Source: Acidobacteriota bacterium (GTDB lineage Bacteria; Acidobacteriota; Thermoanaerobaculia; UBA5066; Gp7-AA6). From it: a stretch of DNA of 64,000 nt. The position numbers and the translations under genes were made by a program. The notes beneath the pieces were generated by a model. That model searched no databases, was not told where the DNA came from, and saw nothing but the letters and a program-made list of their open reading frames with translations. Positions within the stretch are counted from its first letter, which is position 1. Each line of letters begins with the position of its first letter. Shown here piece after piece: positions 41,187 through 49,791 of the stretch. The stretch lies in assembly GCA_039931865.1 (NCBI GenBank), contig JBDTRB010000004.1, positions 1,441 through 65,440 on the forward strand, read 5' to 3'.

Positions 41187-43856
41187 ATGAAACGGTTCCC
41201 CGCTTGCCTCGGCCTCGCGCTGGTTTTCGTGTGCGGGCTTCTGGTCTCTGCGTCCGCACTCGGCGCGGAGGGCGACATGGTCATCTCCGGCCGGGTCACG
41301 AATCAGGAGGATGGGTCCGGCGTCGGGAACGCGACCGTCACGATCCCGGAACTGAAGCTGACCGCCTCGACGGACCGCGCGGGACGCTACACGCTGACGA
41401 TCCCTGCGGGCGCCGCGTCCCCCGGCCAGAACGTCGAACTGCGGGTTCTGGGACCGACTCTCCAGTCGAAGGTCGTGAAGGTTCCGATCGCGGCGGGGGC
41501 CATGAAGCAGGACTTTGCGGTCGCGCTCTCGTTTTCGCAGGAGGTCACGGTAGGCTCGCGCGCGCAGGGCACCGCGGCGGAAAAAGCCGTTCCCGTGGAC
41601 GTCATCACCGAGCAGCAGATCGAGACCGCGTCGGGAAGCGCCGAGACGGCGCAGATCATCGAATCGATCGCGCCCTCTTTCAATTTCCCCCGCCCGACCA
41701 TCTCAGACGGAACGGATTCCGTTCGTCCGGCCACTCTCCGGAGCCTCGGCCCGGACCAGATGCTCGTGCTGATCAACGGGAAGCGGAGACACACGAGCGC
41801 CCTCGTCAACGTCAACGGGACGATCGGCCGCGGTTCGACCGGGGTGGATCTGAACGCGATCCCCGCGAGCGCGATCGAGAAGGTCGAGGTGCTTCGTGAC
41901 GGCGCCGCGGCGCAGTACGGCTCCGACGCGATCGCCGGCGTCATCAACATCGTCCTGAAGTCCGGCATCAATCCTCTCGAGCTCGGATTGACCGGCGGCA
42001 CGACGACGCATTCGGACGGCGAGGTGTTCGACGGCAACGCCAACGTCGGCGTCAAGATCGGCAACGGGGGCCTGAACTTCACGGGGGAGTACCGCAAGAG
42101 AAACTCGACCAACAGGGCCGGGAACGATCCGCGCGACCAGATTGTGGCGGGGGATAAGGCCAACAACCCCGTCCCGCAGCCGAGCTACCACTGGGGCGAC
42201 TCCGAGGAGAAGGACATCATCGGCTTCGTCAACGGCTCCATTCCCATCAACCCCGACGGGACAGCCAATTTCTACGTCTTCGGTGGGGCGAGCCGGCGCG
42301 ACGGCGTGCATGGAGGCAACTACCGGCGGGCCCTCCAGGCCCAGAACTGGCCCCAGATCTATCCGATCGGCTTCCTGCCCCTGATCGAGCCCAAGATCGT
42401 CGACTACTCCGGCACGCTCGGGATGCGCGGAGTCGCCGCCGAAAAGTGGTTCTGGGACGTATCGGCGCAATATGGCCACGACCGGTTCGACTTCAACGTC
42501 ACGCACAGCTTGAACACATCGCTCGGACCGAACACCCCCCCGAACCAGACAAACTTCTACGCGGGGGCTGTCGAGTTCAACCAGTTCGTCACCAACCTGG
42601 ACGTGACGCGGGAGCTCGATCTCGGTCTCGCAGGACCCTTGAACGTCGCGGTGGGCGCCGAGTTCCGGCGGGAGAACTACCAGGAGCACGCCGGCGAGTT
42701 GAATTCCTACATCGCCGGTCCCTCCAAGGATCAGTTCGGGGGCACGGCGGGTGCCGGCGCGCAGGTCTTTCCGGGCTTCCGCCCCTCCAACGAGGTCGAC
42801 GACTCGCGGAGCAGCTACGCGGGCTACGTCGACTTCGAGGCCAATGTCCTGTCGTTTCTCCGGCTAGGCCTCGCCGGCCGCTTCGAGCACTTCACGGACT
42901 TCGGCAACACCAAGGACGCCAAGCTCACGGCCCGCATCGAGGCGACCAAGCAGCTGGTCTTCCGAGGCGCCGCCTCGACCGGGTTTCGCGCCCCTTCCCT
43001 CGGACAGTCGGACTTCTCCGCGATCAGCACGAACTTCCTCCCCGTGAACGGCGTCCTGACACCGTTCGACGTCGGGCACTTCCGCGTGAGCAGTCCCGTC
43101 GCGCGCGCCCTCGGCGCCACCAATCTCCGCCCCGAAGACTCCGTCAACTACAGCGGCGGCTTTGTCCTCTCGCCCACGAACGCGTTCGACTTCACCGCCG
43201 ACTACTTTCACATCAAGATCAAGAATCGCATCATTCTGTCGGGCAACTTCACGGGCGCGAGCCTGAAACCGATCCTGGATCCCTTCAATGCGACGGGCGC
43301 ACGCTTCTTCACCAACGCGATCGACACGCGCACGGAGGGCGTCGAGCTCACGGCCAACGCCAAGGCGGATTTGCACAGCGCGGGAGTCCTTCGGTTCCAG
43401 GCGGCGTATGCCCACTCGCAGAACGAGATCACCCGGATCGCCGCCACCCCGACCCAGCTCGCGGGCTTTCAGGAAACCCTCTTCGACCGGCTCGAACAGC
43501 GCCGGCTGACCTGCGGGCAGCCGAAGGACAATCTGCGGCTGACGACGGACTGGCGGAGCGGGGATCTGGGCGCGAACTTCCGCGCCGGGCGCTACGGGAC
43601 CTACTGCGGCATCGAGAGCGCGCTGCCCGCCAACGACCAGACCTTCGGCGCGCAGTGGGTCTTCGACCTCGAGGCGTCCTACCGGCTCGGCCGCGTGAAC
43701 TTCGCGGTGGGGGCCCAGAACCTCTTCGACAGCTTCCCGGATCGCACGACGTCGGTGAACAACATCAACAACTTTGGCATCTTCACGTATCCGCGCAACG
43801 CGCCGAACGGCTTCAACGGCCGCTACGTCTACCTCCGCACGGGTTACGTCTTCTGA
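41187..43856 (+). CDS. TonB-dependent outer-membrane receptor with an N-terminal carboxypeptidase-regulatory-like domain
   Basis: ORF 41124..43856 trimmed to ATG 41187, which has AAGGAGGG upstream. It has a signal peptide, 'ISGRVTNQEDGSGVGNATVTI', plug motifs ('RGS.GVDLN.IP...IE.VEVLRDGAAAQYGSDAIAGVINIV') and the terminal 'YLRTGYVF'. Confidence 0.9.
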   Translation: MKRFPACLGLALVFVCGLLVSASALGAEGDMVISGRVTNQEDGSGVGNATVTIPELKLTASTDRAGRYTLTIPAGAASPGQNVELRVLGPTLQSKVVKVPIAAGAMKQDFAVALSFSQEVTVGSRAQGTAAEKAVPVDVITEQQIETASGSAETAQIIESIAPSFNFPRPTISDGTDSVRPATLRSLGPDQMLVLINGKRRHTSALVNVNGTIGRGSTGVDLNAIPASAIEKVEVLRDGAAAQYGSDAIAGVINIVLKSGINPLELGLTGGTTTHSDGEVFDGNANVGVKIGNGGLNFTGEYRKRNSTNRAGNDPRDQIVAGDKANNPVPQPSYHWGDSEEKDIIGFVNGSIPINPDGTANFYVFGGASRRDGVHGGNYRRALQAQNWPQIYPIGFLPLIEPKIVDYSGTLGMRGVAAEKWFWDVSAQYGHDRFDFNVTHSLNTSLGPNTPPNQTNFYAGAVEFNQFVTNLDVTRELDLGLAGPLNVAVGAEFRRENYQEHAGELNSYIAGPSKDQFGGTAGAGAQVFPGFRPSNEVDDSRSSYAGYVDFEANVLSFLRLGLAGRFEHFTDFGNTKDAKLTARIEATKQLVFRGAASTGFRAPSLGQSDFSAISTNFLPVNGVLTPFDVGHFRVSSPVARALGATNLRPEDSVNYSGGFVLSPTNAFDFTADYFHIKIKNRIILSGNFTGASLKPILDPFNATGARFFTNAIDTRTEGVELTANAKADLHSAGVLRFQAAYAHSQNEITRIAATPTQLAGFQETLFDRLEQRRLTCGQPKDNLRLTTDWRSGDLGANFRAGRYGTYCGIESALPANDQTFGAQWVFDLEASYRLGRVNFAVGAQNLFDSFPDRTTSVNNINNFGIFTYPRNAPNGFNGRYVYLRTGYVF

Positions 43857-43865
43857 TCCGAGGCC

Positions 43866-43900
43866 GGCGGGGGGCCCCGGGTCCCCCGCCCGTCCTTTCT
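43866..43900 (+). terminator. Candidate intrinsic terminator after the TonB-dependent receptor gene
   Basis: GGCGGGGG-gccccgggt-CCCCCGCC forms an 8-bp GC stem. It is followed by the T-rich cgTCCTTTCTT and begins 10 nt after the stop. Confidence 0.5.
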
Positions 43901-43913
43901 TCGCCCCCCGCCC

Positions 43914-45380
43914 GTGAGCCCGACCCTGACCCTGCCGCTCTGGCTCGGTATCGTCGTCGTTCTTCTCGCCGCCTGGGCGGCGCTCGATCGTCTCCTGCTG
44001 CCGAGCGTGAGGTGGGTTCTTCGCCGGCGCGTCAACCGCGTCCTCGAAGAGATCAACACGCGGCTGAAGATCGAGATCCCGCCCTTCAAGCTGACGAAGC
44101 GCGACGTGCTGATCGACAGGCTGCGGTTCGACCCCGAGGTGCAGGAGGCGGCTGCCGCTTTTGCGCGCGAGGCCGAGATGCCGCGCGAGGTCGCGATGGA
44201 GCGCGTGGCGATCTACGCGCGGGAGATCGTTCCGAGTTTCAACGCCTATGCGTACTTCCGGATCGGTTACTCGCTCGCGCGAAACGTGGCGAAGTTGCTC
44301 TACAGGGTGCGGCTCGGATATTCGGACGAGGAAGGGCTCGGAAGGATTCCGCCGAAATCGACCGTCGTCTTCCTCATCAACCACCGAAGCAACATGGATT
44401 ACGTCCTCGTCGGCTACCTCGCGGCGGAGACGGCGGCTCTCTCGTACGCGGTCGGGGAATGGGCGCGCATCTGGCCGCTGCAGCAGCTCGTCCGGGCAAT
44501 GGGGGCCTACTTCGTCCGCCGAAACTCGCGCGACGCGCTCTATCGGAAGGTCCTCGAGCGATGGGTGACCATGGCGACCGAGGCCGGTGTGACCCAGGCC
44601 GTGTTCCCGGAGGGAGGGCTCTCGAAGGACGGGGGCTTGCGCCCGCCGAAGGTCGGGATCCTCGACTACATGGTGCGGTCGTTCGATCCGGCGGGAGAGC
44701 GGGACATCATCTTCGTCCCGGTCGGCATCAATTACGACCGGACGCTCGAGGACCGGACGCTCCTCGGGGAGCGCGACCCCGCCGCGCCGCGGCCGGGAGG
44801 CCTCTCGACGGCGTGGAAAACGCTTCGTTTCGTCGGACACAACCTCGCGCTGATGGCGAGCAATCGCTGGCACCGGTTCGGCTACGCGTGCGTGAACTTC
44901 GGCGCCCCCGTCTCGCTGAAGTCATACACGGCCGCGAAGGGGCTCGATCCGCGGCGTCTCGACCGCGACGAGCGGTTCGCCCGCGTCACCGAGCTCGCCG
45001 AATATCTGATGGAGTCGATCGCGCGCGTCATCCCGGCTGTGCCGGTCTCGCTCGCCGCGAGGGCGTTCGTCTGCGATCCGTCGAGGACCTGGAGCGAGCT
45101 CGAGTTGAAAGCCGAAGTCCTGTCGGAGATGCGCGAGCTCGAGGCGCGCGGCGCGCACGTGTACGTTCCGCGAGGAGACCAGGACTACGCCATCGACGTC
45201 GGGCTCCGCATGCTCACTCTCCGGCACCTGATCATCGAGTCCGGCGGGCTGTTCACCCCGGCGGCGGCGGAGCTGCCGGTCCTCCGCTATTACGCAAACA
45301 GCATCGCTCACCTCTTCCGCGACGCGGCGCCGGCCCCGGCGGCGGAAACCCCGGACCGCCAGCGCATCGCCGGGGCCTGA
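43914..45380 (+). CDS. Glycerol-3-phosphate/lysophospholipid acyltransferase (PlsB/GPAT-like)
   Basis: 488 aa with an N-terminal TM, the H(x)4D motif 'NHRSNMD', 'YFVRR' and 'FPEGGLSKDG'. Confidence 0.85.
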   Translation: MSPTLTLPLWLGIVVVLLAAWAALDRLLLPSVRWVLRRRVNRVLEEINTRLKIEIPPFKLTKRDVLIDRLRFDPEVQEAAAAFAREAEMPREVAMERVAIYAREIVPSFNAYAYFRIGYSLARNVAKLLYRVRLGYSDEEGLGRIPPKSTVVFLINHRSNMDYVLVGYLAAETAALSYAVGEWARIWPLQQLVRAMGAYFVRRNSRDALYRKVLERWVTMATEAGVTQAVFPEGGLSKDGGLRPPKVGILDYMVRSFDPAGERDIIFVPVGINYDRTLEDRTLLGERDPAAPRPGGLSTAWKTLRFVGHNLALMASNRWHRFGYACVNFGAPVSLKSYTAAKGLDPRRLDRDERFARVTELAEYLMESIARVIPAVPVSLAARAFVCDPSRTWSELELKAEVLSEMRELEARGAHVYVPRGDQDYAIDVGLRMLTLRHLIIESGGLFTPAAAELPVLRYYANSIAHLFRDAAPAPAAETPDRQRIAGA

Positions 45381-45383
45381 GCC

Positions 45384-45623
45384 CTATTTTCGCCGGCGTC
45401 CCGCGAAAAAGATCCCGGCGAGGCTGATCAGGACCCACGAGCCTTCCATCAGCATCAGCCCCGGATCCCGGGCGCGCACGGCGAAAAACGTGAGGATCCC
45501 TCCCCCGACCAGGTTCAGGAGGAGGTACGTATATCCGCGCTGGTCGAGCCGCCCCATCTGGTTCATCGCGTAGGCGACGAGCACCACGCCCGCGCCGAAG
45601 AGGGAGAGCGCCTGGCCGAGCAT
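45384..45623 (-). CDS. Small membrane protein (two or three TM helices, CBU_0592-like)
   Basis: 79 aa of hydrophobic helices 'ALSLFGAGVVLVAYAM', 'LLLNLVGGGILTFFAV' and 'SWVLISLAGIFFA'. It lies 10 nt downstream of the preceding gene in the same operon. Confidence 0.6.
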   Translation of the reverse strand: MLGQALSLFGAGVVLVAYAMNQMGRLDQRGYTYLLLNLVGGGILTFFAVRARDPGLMLMEGSWVLISLAGIFFAGRRRK

Positions 45624-45632
45624 TCCCGGATC

Positions 45633-46004
45633 TCAGGCCCTGCGGGGGTCCCGTTCGCTCACGAAGATCGACAGGAAAACGCTGACGATCGAGACGACGA
45701 GCGCGCCCCAGAACGCGGCCCAGAAATCCGAGACGTGAAAACCGATTCCGAATCGTCCCGCCGCGGCGCTCGTGAGCCACAGGATGAACGCGTTGATGAC
45801 GAACGTGAAGAGGCCGAGGCTCAGGATGAGAAGCGGGCAGGTGAGCATCGTCACCACGGGCCGGACCAGGGCGTTCAAAAGGCCGAACACCAGCGCCACG
45901 GCGAGAAACGTGACGGGGTCGGCGGTGGCGGAGATCCCGGGAACGATCTTCGTGGCCACCCAGAGCGCGGCGGCATTGATGATCAGCCGAAGCAGGAACC
46001 TCAT
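45633..46004 (-). CDS. Four-TM 'phage holin family IV' (YvlD-like) membrane protein
   Basis: 123 aa with 'LIINAAALWVATKIVPGI', 'ALVFGLLNALVRP' and 'LGLFTFVINAFILWLT', typical of this widespread chromosomal family. Confidence 0.75.
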   Translation of the reverse strand: MRFLLRLIINAAALWVATKIVPGISATADPVTFLAVALVFGLLNALVRPVVTMLTCPLLILSLGLFTFVINAFILWLTSAAAGRFGIGFHVSDFWAAFWGALVVSIVSVFLSIFVSERDPRRA

Positions 46005-46014
46005 CGAGCGGCGA

Positions 46015-47697
46015 CTATAACCCCCCGGTCCCCGCTGGCTTGCGCCGAGGCTTCCGGTCGCTCCACAGGATCGATCCGATCAGCACCAACCCTCCGGCCG
46101 CGGCGGCGAAGAAGAACAGGATCGCGAGACCCGGATAACCCAGGATTCGGAAGGTCGTCGGCACCTGCATGAGGAGCGCGGCGCCTACGATCAGCGACGC
46201 GAGCACGAGCCCCATCGCGATGCGGTTGGCGATCTTCTGGAGGCCCCCGATCAACTCCGCCTCATCGATCGCGTCCACCTGGAGCTTCAACTCGTTGTTC
46301 GCGACGAGGTCGAGGACGCGGTTCACGCGCCCGGGGAGCTTCTCGGCAAATTCCTTGGCTTCGAGCAGCGCGGTCGCGAGATGACCCGGGGAGGCGGACT
46401 TCATCATCCGCTTGCGGAGCAGCTCCGAGGCGTGCCGGCGGATCGCGCCGTTCGGCTCGAAGCCGGGGTCGAGCGTGCGACCGATCTCGTCGAGCTGAAG
46501 GAGGGCCTTTGAGAGGAGCGTCAGCTCGGTCGGGAGCTGCAACCCGGTGTCTCCCGACGCCCGCGCGAGCTCCAGAAGCGTGCGCCCGATCTGGAGGTCG
46601 CCGAGCGACGCGTGCTGGTACGCGCCGACGAGGTCCGCCACGCGCCGCTGGAAGGCGGCTGAATCGAATTCGTCCCGCTTGCGTCCGATCTCCGAGCCGA
46701 TCTGCGCGGCGCGGTCGGCCTCGCCCTCCGAGACGGCGAGCAGGAGCTTCAACAACGCTTCCTGCATCCCGGGAGCGATGCGCGCCACCATACCGAGGTC
46801 GAGGAGCGCGATCCGCTCGTCCTTCGTGATGAACACGTTGCCCGGATGGGGGTCCGCGTGAAAGAACCCGTCGATCAGGATCTGCTTGAGGTACGCGCGG
46901 AAGAGCTCGTCCGCGAGCCGGCTGCCGTCGAGCTCCATGCGCACGACCGGCGCGAGCTCGGTGATCTTCGTCCCGTCGACGTACTCCATCGTCAGCAGCC
47001 GCGCGGTTGAATAGTCCGCGATCGGCTGCGGGACGAAGAGAGACGGGAATTCCTCGAGGTTCTCCGCGAGGCGTGTGAGGTTTCCGGCCTCCTGCCGGTA
47101 ATCGAGCTCCGAGGCCAGCGACTTCTGGAACTCCTCGATCGTTTTCTCGAGCTCGAATCTGCCGAGGGTGTCGGAGTGCTTGTCGAGGAATCGCGCGAGC
47201 TCGAGGAAGGCGGACATGTCGTCGGCGATCTGCTCCCGGATGCCGGGCCGCTGGACCTTCACCGCGACCGCGCGGCCGTCCCGCAGCTTCGCGCGATGCA
47301 CCTGCCCGAGAGACGCGGCCGCGACGGGAGTCGCCTCGAACTCGGAGAAGGCTTTGGAAATGCGGACGCCGAGCTCCTCGGAGACGATCCGTTCGACCTC
47401 GCCAAACGAGAACGGCGCGACGCGGTCCTGAAGCCTCGCCAGCGCCTGGACGTAGGCGGGCGGCAGAAAGTCCGCGCGCGTCGAGAGGAGCTGCCCGAGT
47501 TTGATATAGGTGGGACCGAGGCGTTCGAGATCGTCCGCCAGCTCGTCGGCGAGCGGAGAAGGGGTGGGCCGCTCCTCCGTCGGAAGTTCGCCTTCGATCC
47601 CGAGTCCGCTCGCGAGGTCCGAGCGCCCGTACTTGACCAGAAGCCAGGCGAGGTCCTTGTAACGCTTCAGGTGCTTCCCGGCGAACATCGTTGCCAT
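46015..47697 (-). CDS. ABC1/UbiB-family atypical kinase with a C-terminal TM anchor
   Basis: ORF 46015..47760 trimmed to ATG 47697. It has 'AAASLGQVHRA.L.DGR.VAVKVQRPGI', 'DFHADPHPGN' and 'LLDLGMV'. Confidence 0.88.
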   Translation of the reverse strand: MATMFAGKHLKRYKDLAWLLVKYGRSDLASGLGIEGELPTEERPTPSPLADELADDLERLGPTYIKLGQLLSTRADFLPPAYVQALARLQDRVAPFSFGEVERIVSEELGVRISKAFSEFEATPVAAASLGQVHRAKLRDGRAVAVKVQRPGIREQIADDMSAFLELARFLDKHSDTLGRFELEKTIEEFQKSLASELDYRQEAGNLTRLAENLEEFPSLFVPQPIADYSTARLLTMEYVDGTKITELAPVVRMELDGSRLADELFRAYLKQILIDGFFHADPHPGNVFITKDERIALLDLGMVARIAPGMQEALLKLLLAVSEGEADRAAQIGSEIGRKRDEFDSAAFQRRVADLVGAYQHASLGDLQIGRTLLELARASGDTGLQLPTELTLLSKALLQLDEIGRTLDPGFEPNGAIRRHASELLRKRMMKSASPGHLATALLEAKEFAEKLPGRVNRVLDLVANNELKLQVDAIDEAELIGGLQKIANRIAMGLVLASLIVGAALLMQVPTTFRILGYPGLAILFFFAAAAGGLVLIGSILWSDRKPRRKPAGTGGL

Positions 47698-47869
47698 GGT
47701 GCTTCTCCTCGTCGGTCGGTCCGGCGGCGCCAGTCGAGACAGTTGTTTAACCGTTTGCAAACGGCGCGCCCTGTTTTCCTAAGTCATGGGAGAAAATCGG
47801 CTTATGGCTCGGAAGCACGTCCTCGTCACGGGAGGCAGCGGCGGCGCGTGCTCTCCCGGCGGCCCCCCC

Positions 47870-48667
47870 ATGACGCGACTCGCGGGATGGCTGCTGATCG
47901 TCATCGCGACGCTCCACGCCGGACTCGCGGCGTTTCTCGGGCGCGGAGCCCTCCTCTCGATTGCCCGCGCCGGGTATTTCGGCGCTCTCGCGCTCCACTC
48001 AAACCGCCAGCTCTGGTTCTGGTGCGTCGCGTTCTCGGCGCCGCTCGCGATCGCCGGAGGGCTGCTCGCGCGCGGTGAAGCGCGGCCGTTTTCCGCGTGG
48101 CTCGGATGGGCGCTCGCCGCTCTCGGGGCCTGTGGCGCGATCCTCCTTCCCGTCTCCGGATTCTGGCTCCTGTTCGTGCCCGCCGGCCTCCTCATCGCGG
48201 ACGCGAACCGCCGGGAACGCCCGATGGAATGGACGCGCGGAGACTTCTCGATCTCGACAGACCCTTCTCGGATCGATGCCGCGGCCGCGCACGAATTTAT
48301 CTCCGGCTCTTACTGGGCAGCCGGCGTGCCGCGGGACGTCGTCGAGCGCTCTATCCGCGGCTCCCTGGCCTTCGGGGTGTTCCACGCGGGCCGGCAGGTC
48401 GGCTTCGCGCGGGTGATCACGGATCGCGCGACCTACGCCTATCTCGCCGACGTCTACATCCTCGACGAGTGGCGGGGGCGCGGCCTCGCGCGATGGCTGG
48501 TCGAAACGATCCGCGCGCACCCGGACCTGGCGAATCTGCGCCGCTGGATGCTCGCGACCCGCGACGCGCACGGCCTCTACGCGAAGGTTGGCTTCCGGCC
48601 TCTCGCGCAATCGGACCGATTCCTGGAGATCGCCGACCCGGACATCTATCGACGGAAGGGGCAGTGA
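47870..48667 (+). CDS. GNAT family N-acetyltransferase with an N-terminal four-helix membrane domain (apparent fusion)
   Basis: ORF 47786..48667, with ATG 47870 as the start. Residues 1-110 are hydrophobic, W-rich helices. The GNAT part runs from 'MEWTRGDFSISTDP' (ATG 48224), with 'YLADVYILDEWRGRGLARWLV' as the acetyl-CoA motif. No stop separates the two parts. Confidence 0.7.
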   Translation: MTRLAGWLLIVIATLHAGLAAFLGRGALLSIARAGYFGALALHSNRQLWFWCVAFSAPLAIAGGLLARGEARPFSAWLGWALAALGACGAILLPVSGFWLLFVPAGLLIADANRRERPMEWTRGDFSISTDPSRIDAAAAHEFISGSYWAAGVPRDVVERSIRGSLAFGVFHAGRQVGFARVITDRATYAYLADVYILDEWRGRGLARWLVETIRAHPDLANLRRWMLATRDAHGLYAKVGFRPLAQSDRFLEIADPDIYRRKGQ

Positions 48668-48853
48668 TGCCGGAAAAGAGCTGCGGCCTCTGTTATTCTT
48701 CCCGCGAAATATGACCGCCGTCCTCTGATCGATCCCGCGGCGGCGCTTCCGAGCGCCCGCGGGAATTTCTGCCGAGTCAGCCGCCAACCGCTCCCCGGGG
48801 AGCCGCTCGGGAGCTGCCCGCGGAACGGCAACGTCGATCGAAAGGACACTCTC

Positions 48854-49627
48854 TTGAACGCTCCGACAGAATGGTGGAACGGGTTCTTTTCCGGCCTCGT
48901 GGTGGATTTCTGGCGCTCCGCCCTCCCGGCGGAAGTCACGGTCTCGGAGGCGGACTTCCTCGAACGTCACCTCGCGATCTCCGCCGGGGCGAGCGTGCTC
49001 GACGTCCCGTGCGGGCACGGCCGGCTCGCAATCGAGCTCGCGGCACGCGGGTATCGGGTCACCGGCGTGGATCTCTCGGCCGGGCTGCTCGACGCCGCTC
49101 GCGCCGACGCCGCGGCGCGGGGAGTGAACGTCGCCTGGCGCGAGTCGGACATGCGCGAGCTCCCGTTTTCCCACCCGTTTGACGCGGCGTTCTGCGCCGG
49201 ATCGAGCTTCGGGTACTTCGACGACGCCGGCAACAGAGATTTTCTCCGCGCGGTCGCCGGGGTCCTGCGTCCCGGCGGCCGATTCATCCTCGACGCGTCG
49301 AAGCTCGCGGAGACAATCTTCCCGGCATTCCGGGAGCGGCACTCCCTCGAACGCAACGGCCTTCTCTTCGAAGCGGAGAACCGCTACGACCCCGTGACCG
49401 GCCGCTACGAGAATCTGTACAACCTGACCCGCGGGGACCACGTCGAGACGAAGCTCGCTTCCCACCGGATTTACACGCTCTCCCAGGTCCTCGAGAGGCT
49501 GCGGGCGGCGGGGCTCGCCCTCGTTTCGGTGCACGGCGCGTCGGACGGGCGGCCGTTCGAGCTGGGATCCCCCGGCTGCTTCGTGGTGTCGGAACGGGTT
49601 GCCGGCGGAGCGCCGGGAGGGCGGTAG
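48854..49627 (+). CDS. Class I SAM-dependent methyltransferase
   Basis: Motif I 'VLDVPCGHGRLA', 'VTGVDLS' and 'LRPGGRFIL'. The start is TTG. Confidence 0.85.
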   Translation: MNAPTEWWNGFFSGLVVDFWRSALPAEVTVSEADFLERHLAISAGASVLDVPCGHGRLAIELAARGYRVTGVDLSAGLLDAARADAAARGVNVAWRESDMRELPFSHPFDAAFCAGSSFGYFDDAGNRDFLRAVAGVLRPGGRFILDASKLAETIFPAFRERHSLERNGLLFEAENRYDPVTGRYENLYNLTRGDHVETKLASHRIYTLSQVLERLRAAGLALVSVHGASDGRPFELGSPGCFVVSERVAGGAPGGR

Positions 49628-49636
49628 GGACAGAGG

Positions 49637-49682
49637 CGGGCCCGGAAGACGCGCGGGAGCGCCCTCCCGGGCCCGGTTTTGT
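49637..49682 (+). terminator. Candidate intrinsic terminator after the methyltransferase gene
   Basis: CGGGCCCGG...CCGGGCCCG forms a 9-bp stem enclosing a GC-rich loop, followed by gTTTTgt. It starts 10 nt after the stop. Confidence 0.55.
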
Positions 49683-49791
49683 CAGAATGCGATCCGACGC
49701 TCGAAATCCGGCGCTGCCGGAGGGGCTCGAAATTCGATGACGCCCGACGGGGTTGTGGCGGACTCATGAAATTCCATTCAAAGGGCCGCTG

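Noticed and set aside
42446-45427. 993-aa plus-strand ORF spanning the TonB-receptor 3' half and the acyltransferase gene, and the 669-aa minus-strand ORF 42864..44873.
   Set aside because: It crosses a real intergenic terminator and two genes with independent motif support. Its extreme Arg/Gly/Pro content marks it as an artefact of GC richness.
45633-46004. 'Phage holin family' membrane protein as a sign of a prophage.
   Set aside because: No other phage-like genes (integrase, terminase, capsid, lysin) lie within the window. This four-TM family is widespread as a chromosomal housekeeping membrane protein.
47999-49534. 511-aa minus-strand ORF opposite the GNAT and methyltransferase genes. 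Similar cases are 49837..51570 (opposite the ABC exporter), 52604..54607 (opposite the Bax-inhibitor and glucan-synthase genes, and out of frame with the sortase gene) and 53916..55415 (an alternative minus-strand frame of the glucan-synthase gene).
   Set aside because: These are shadow ORFs of motif-supported genes.
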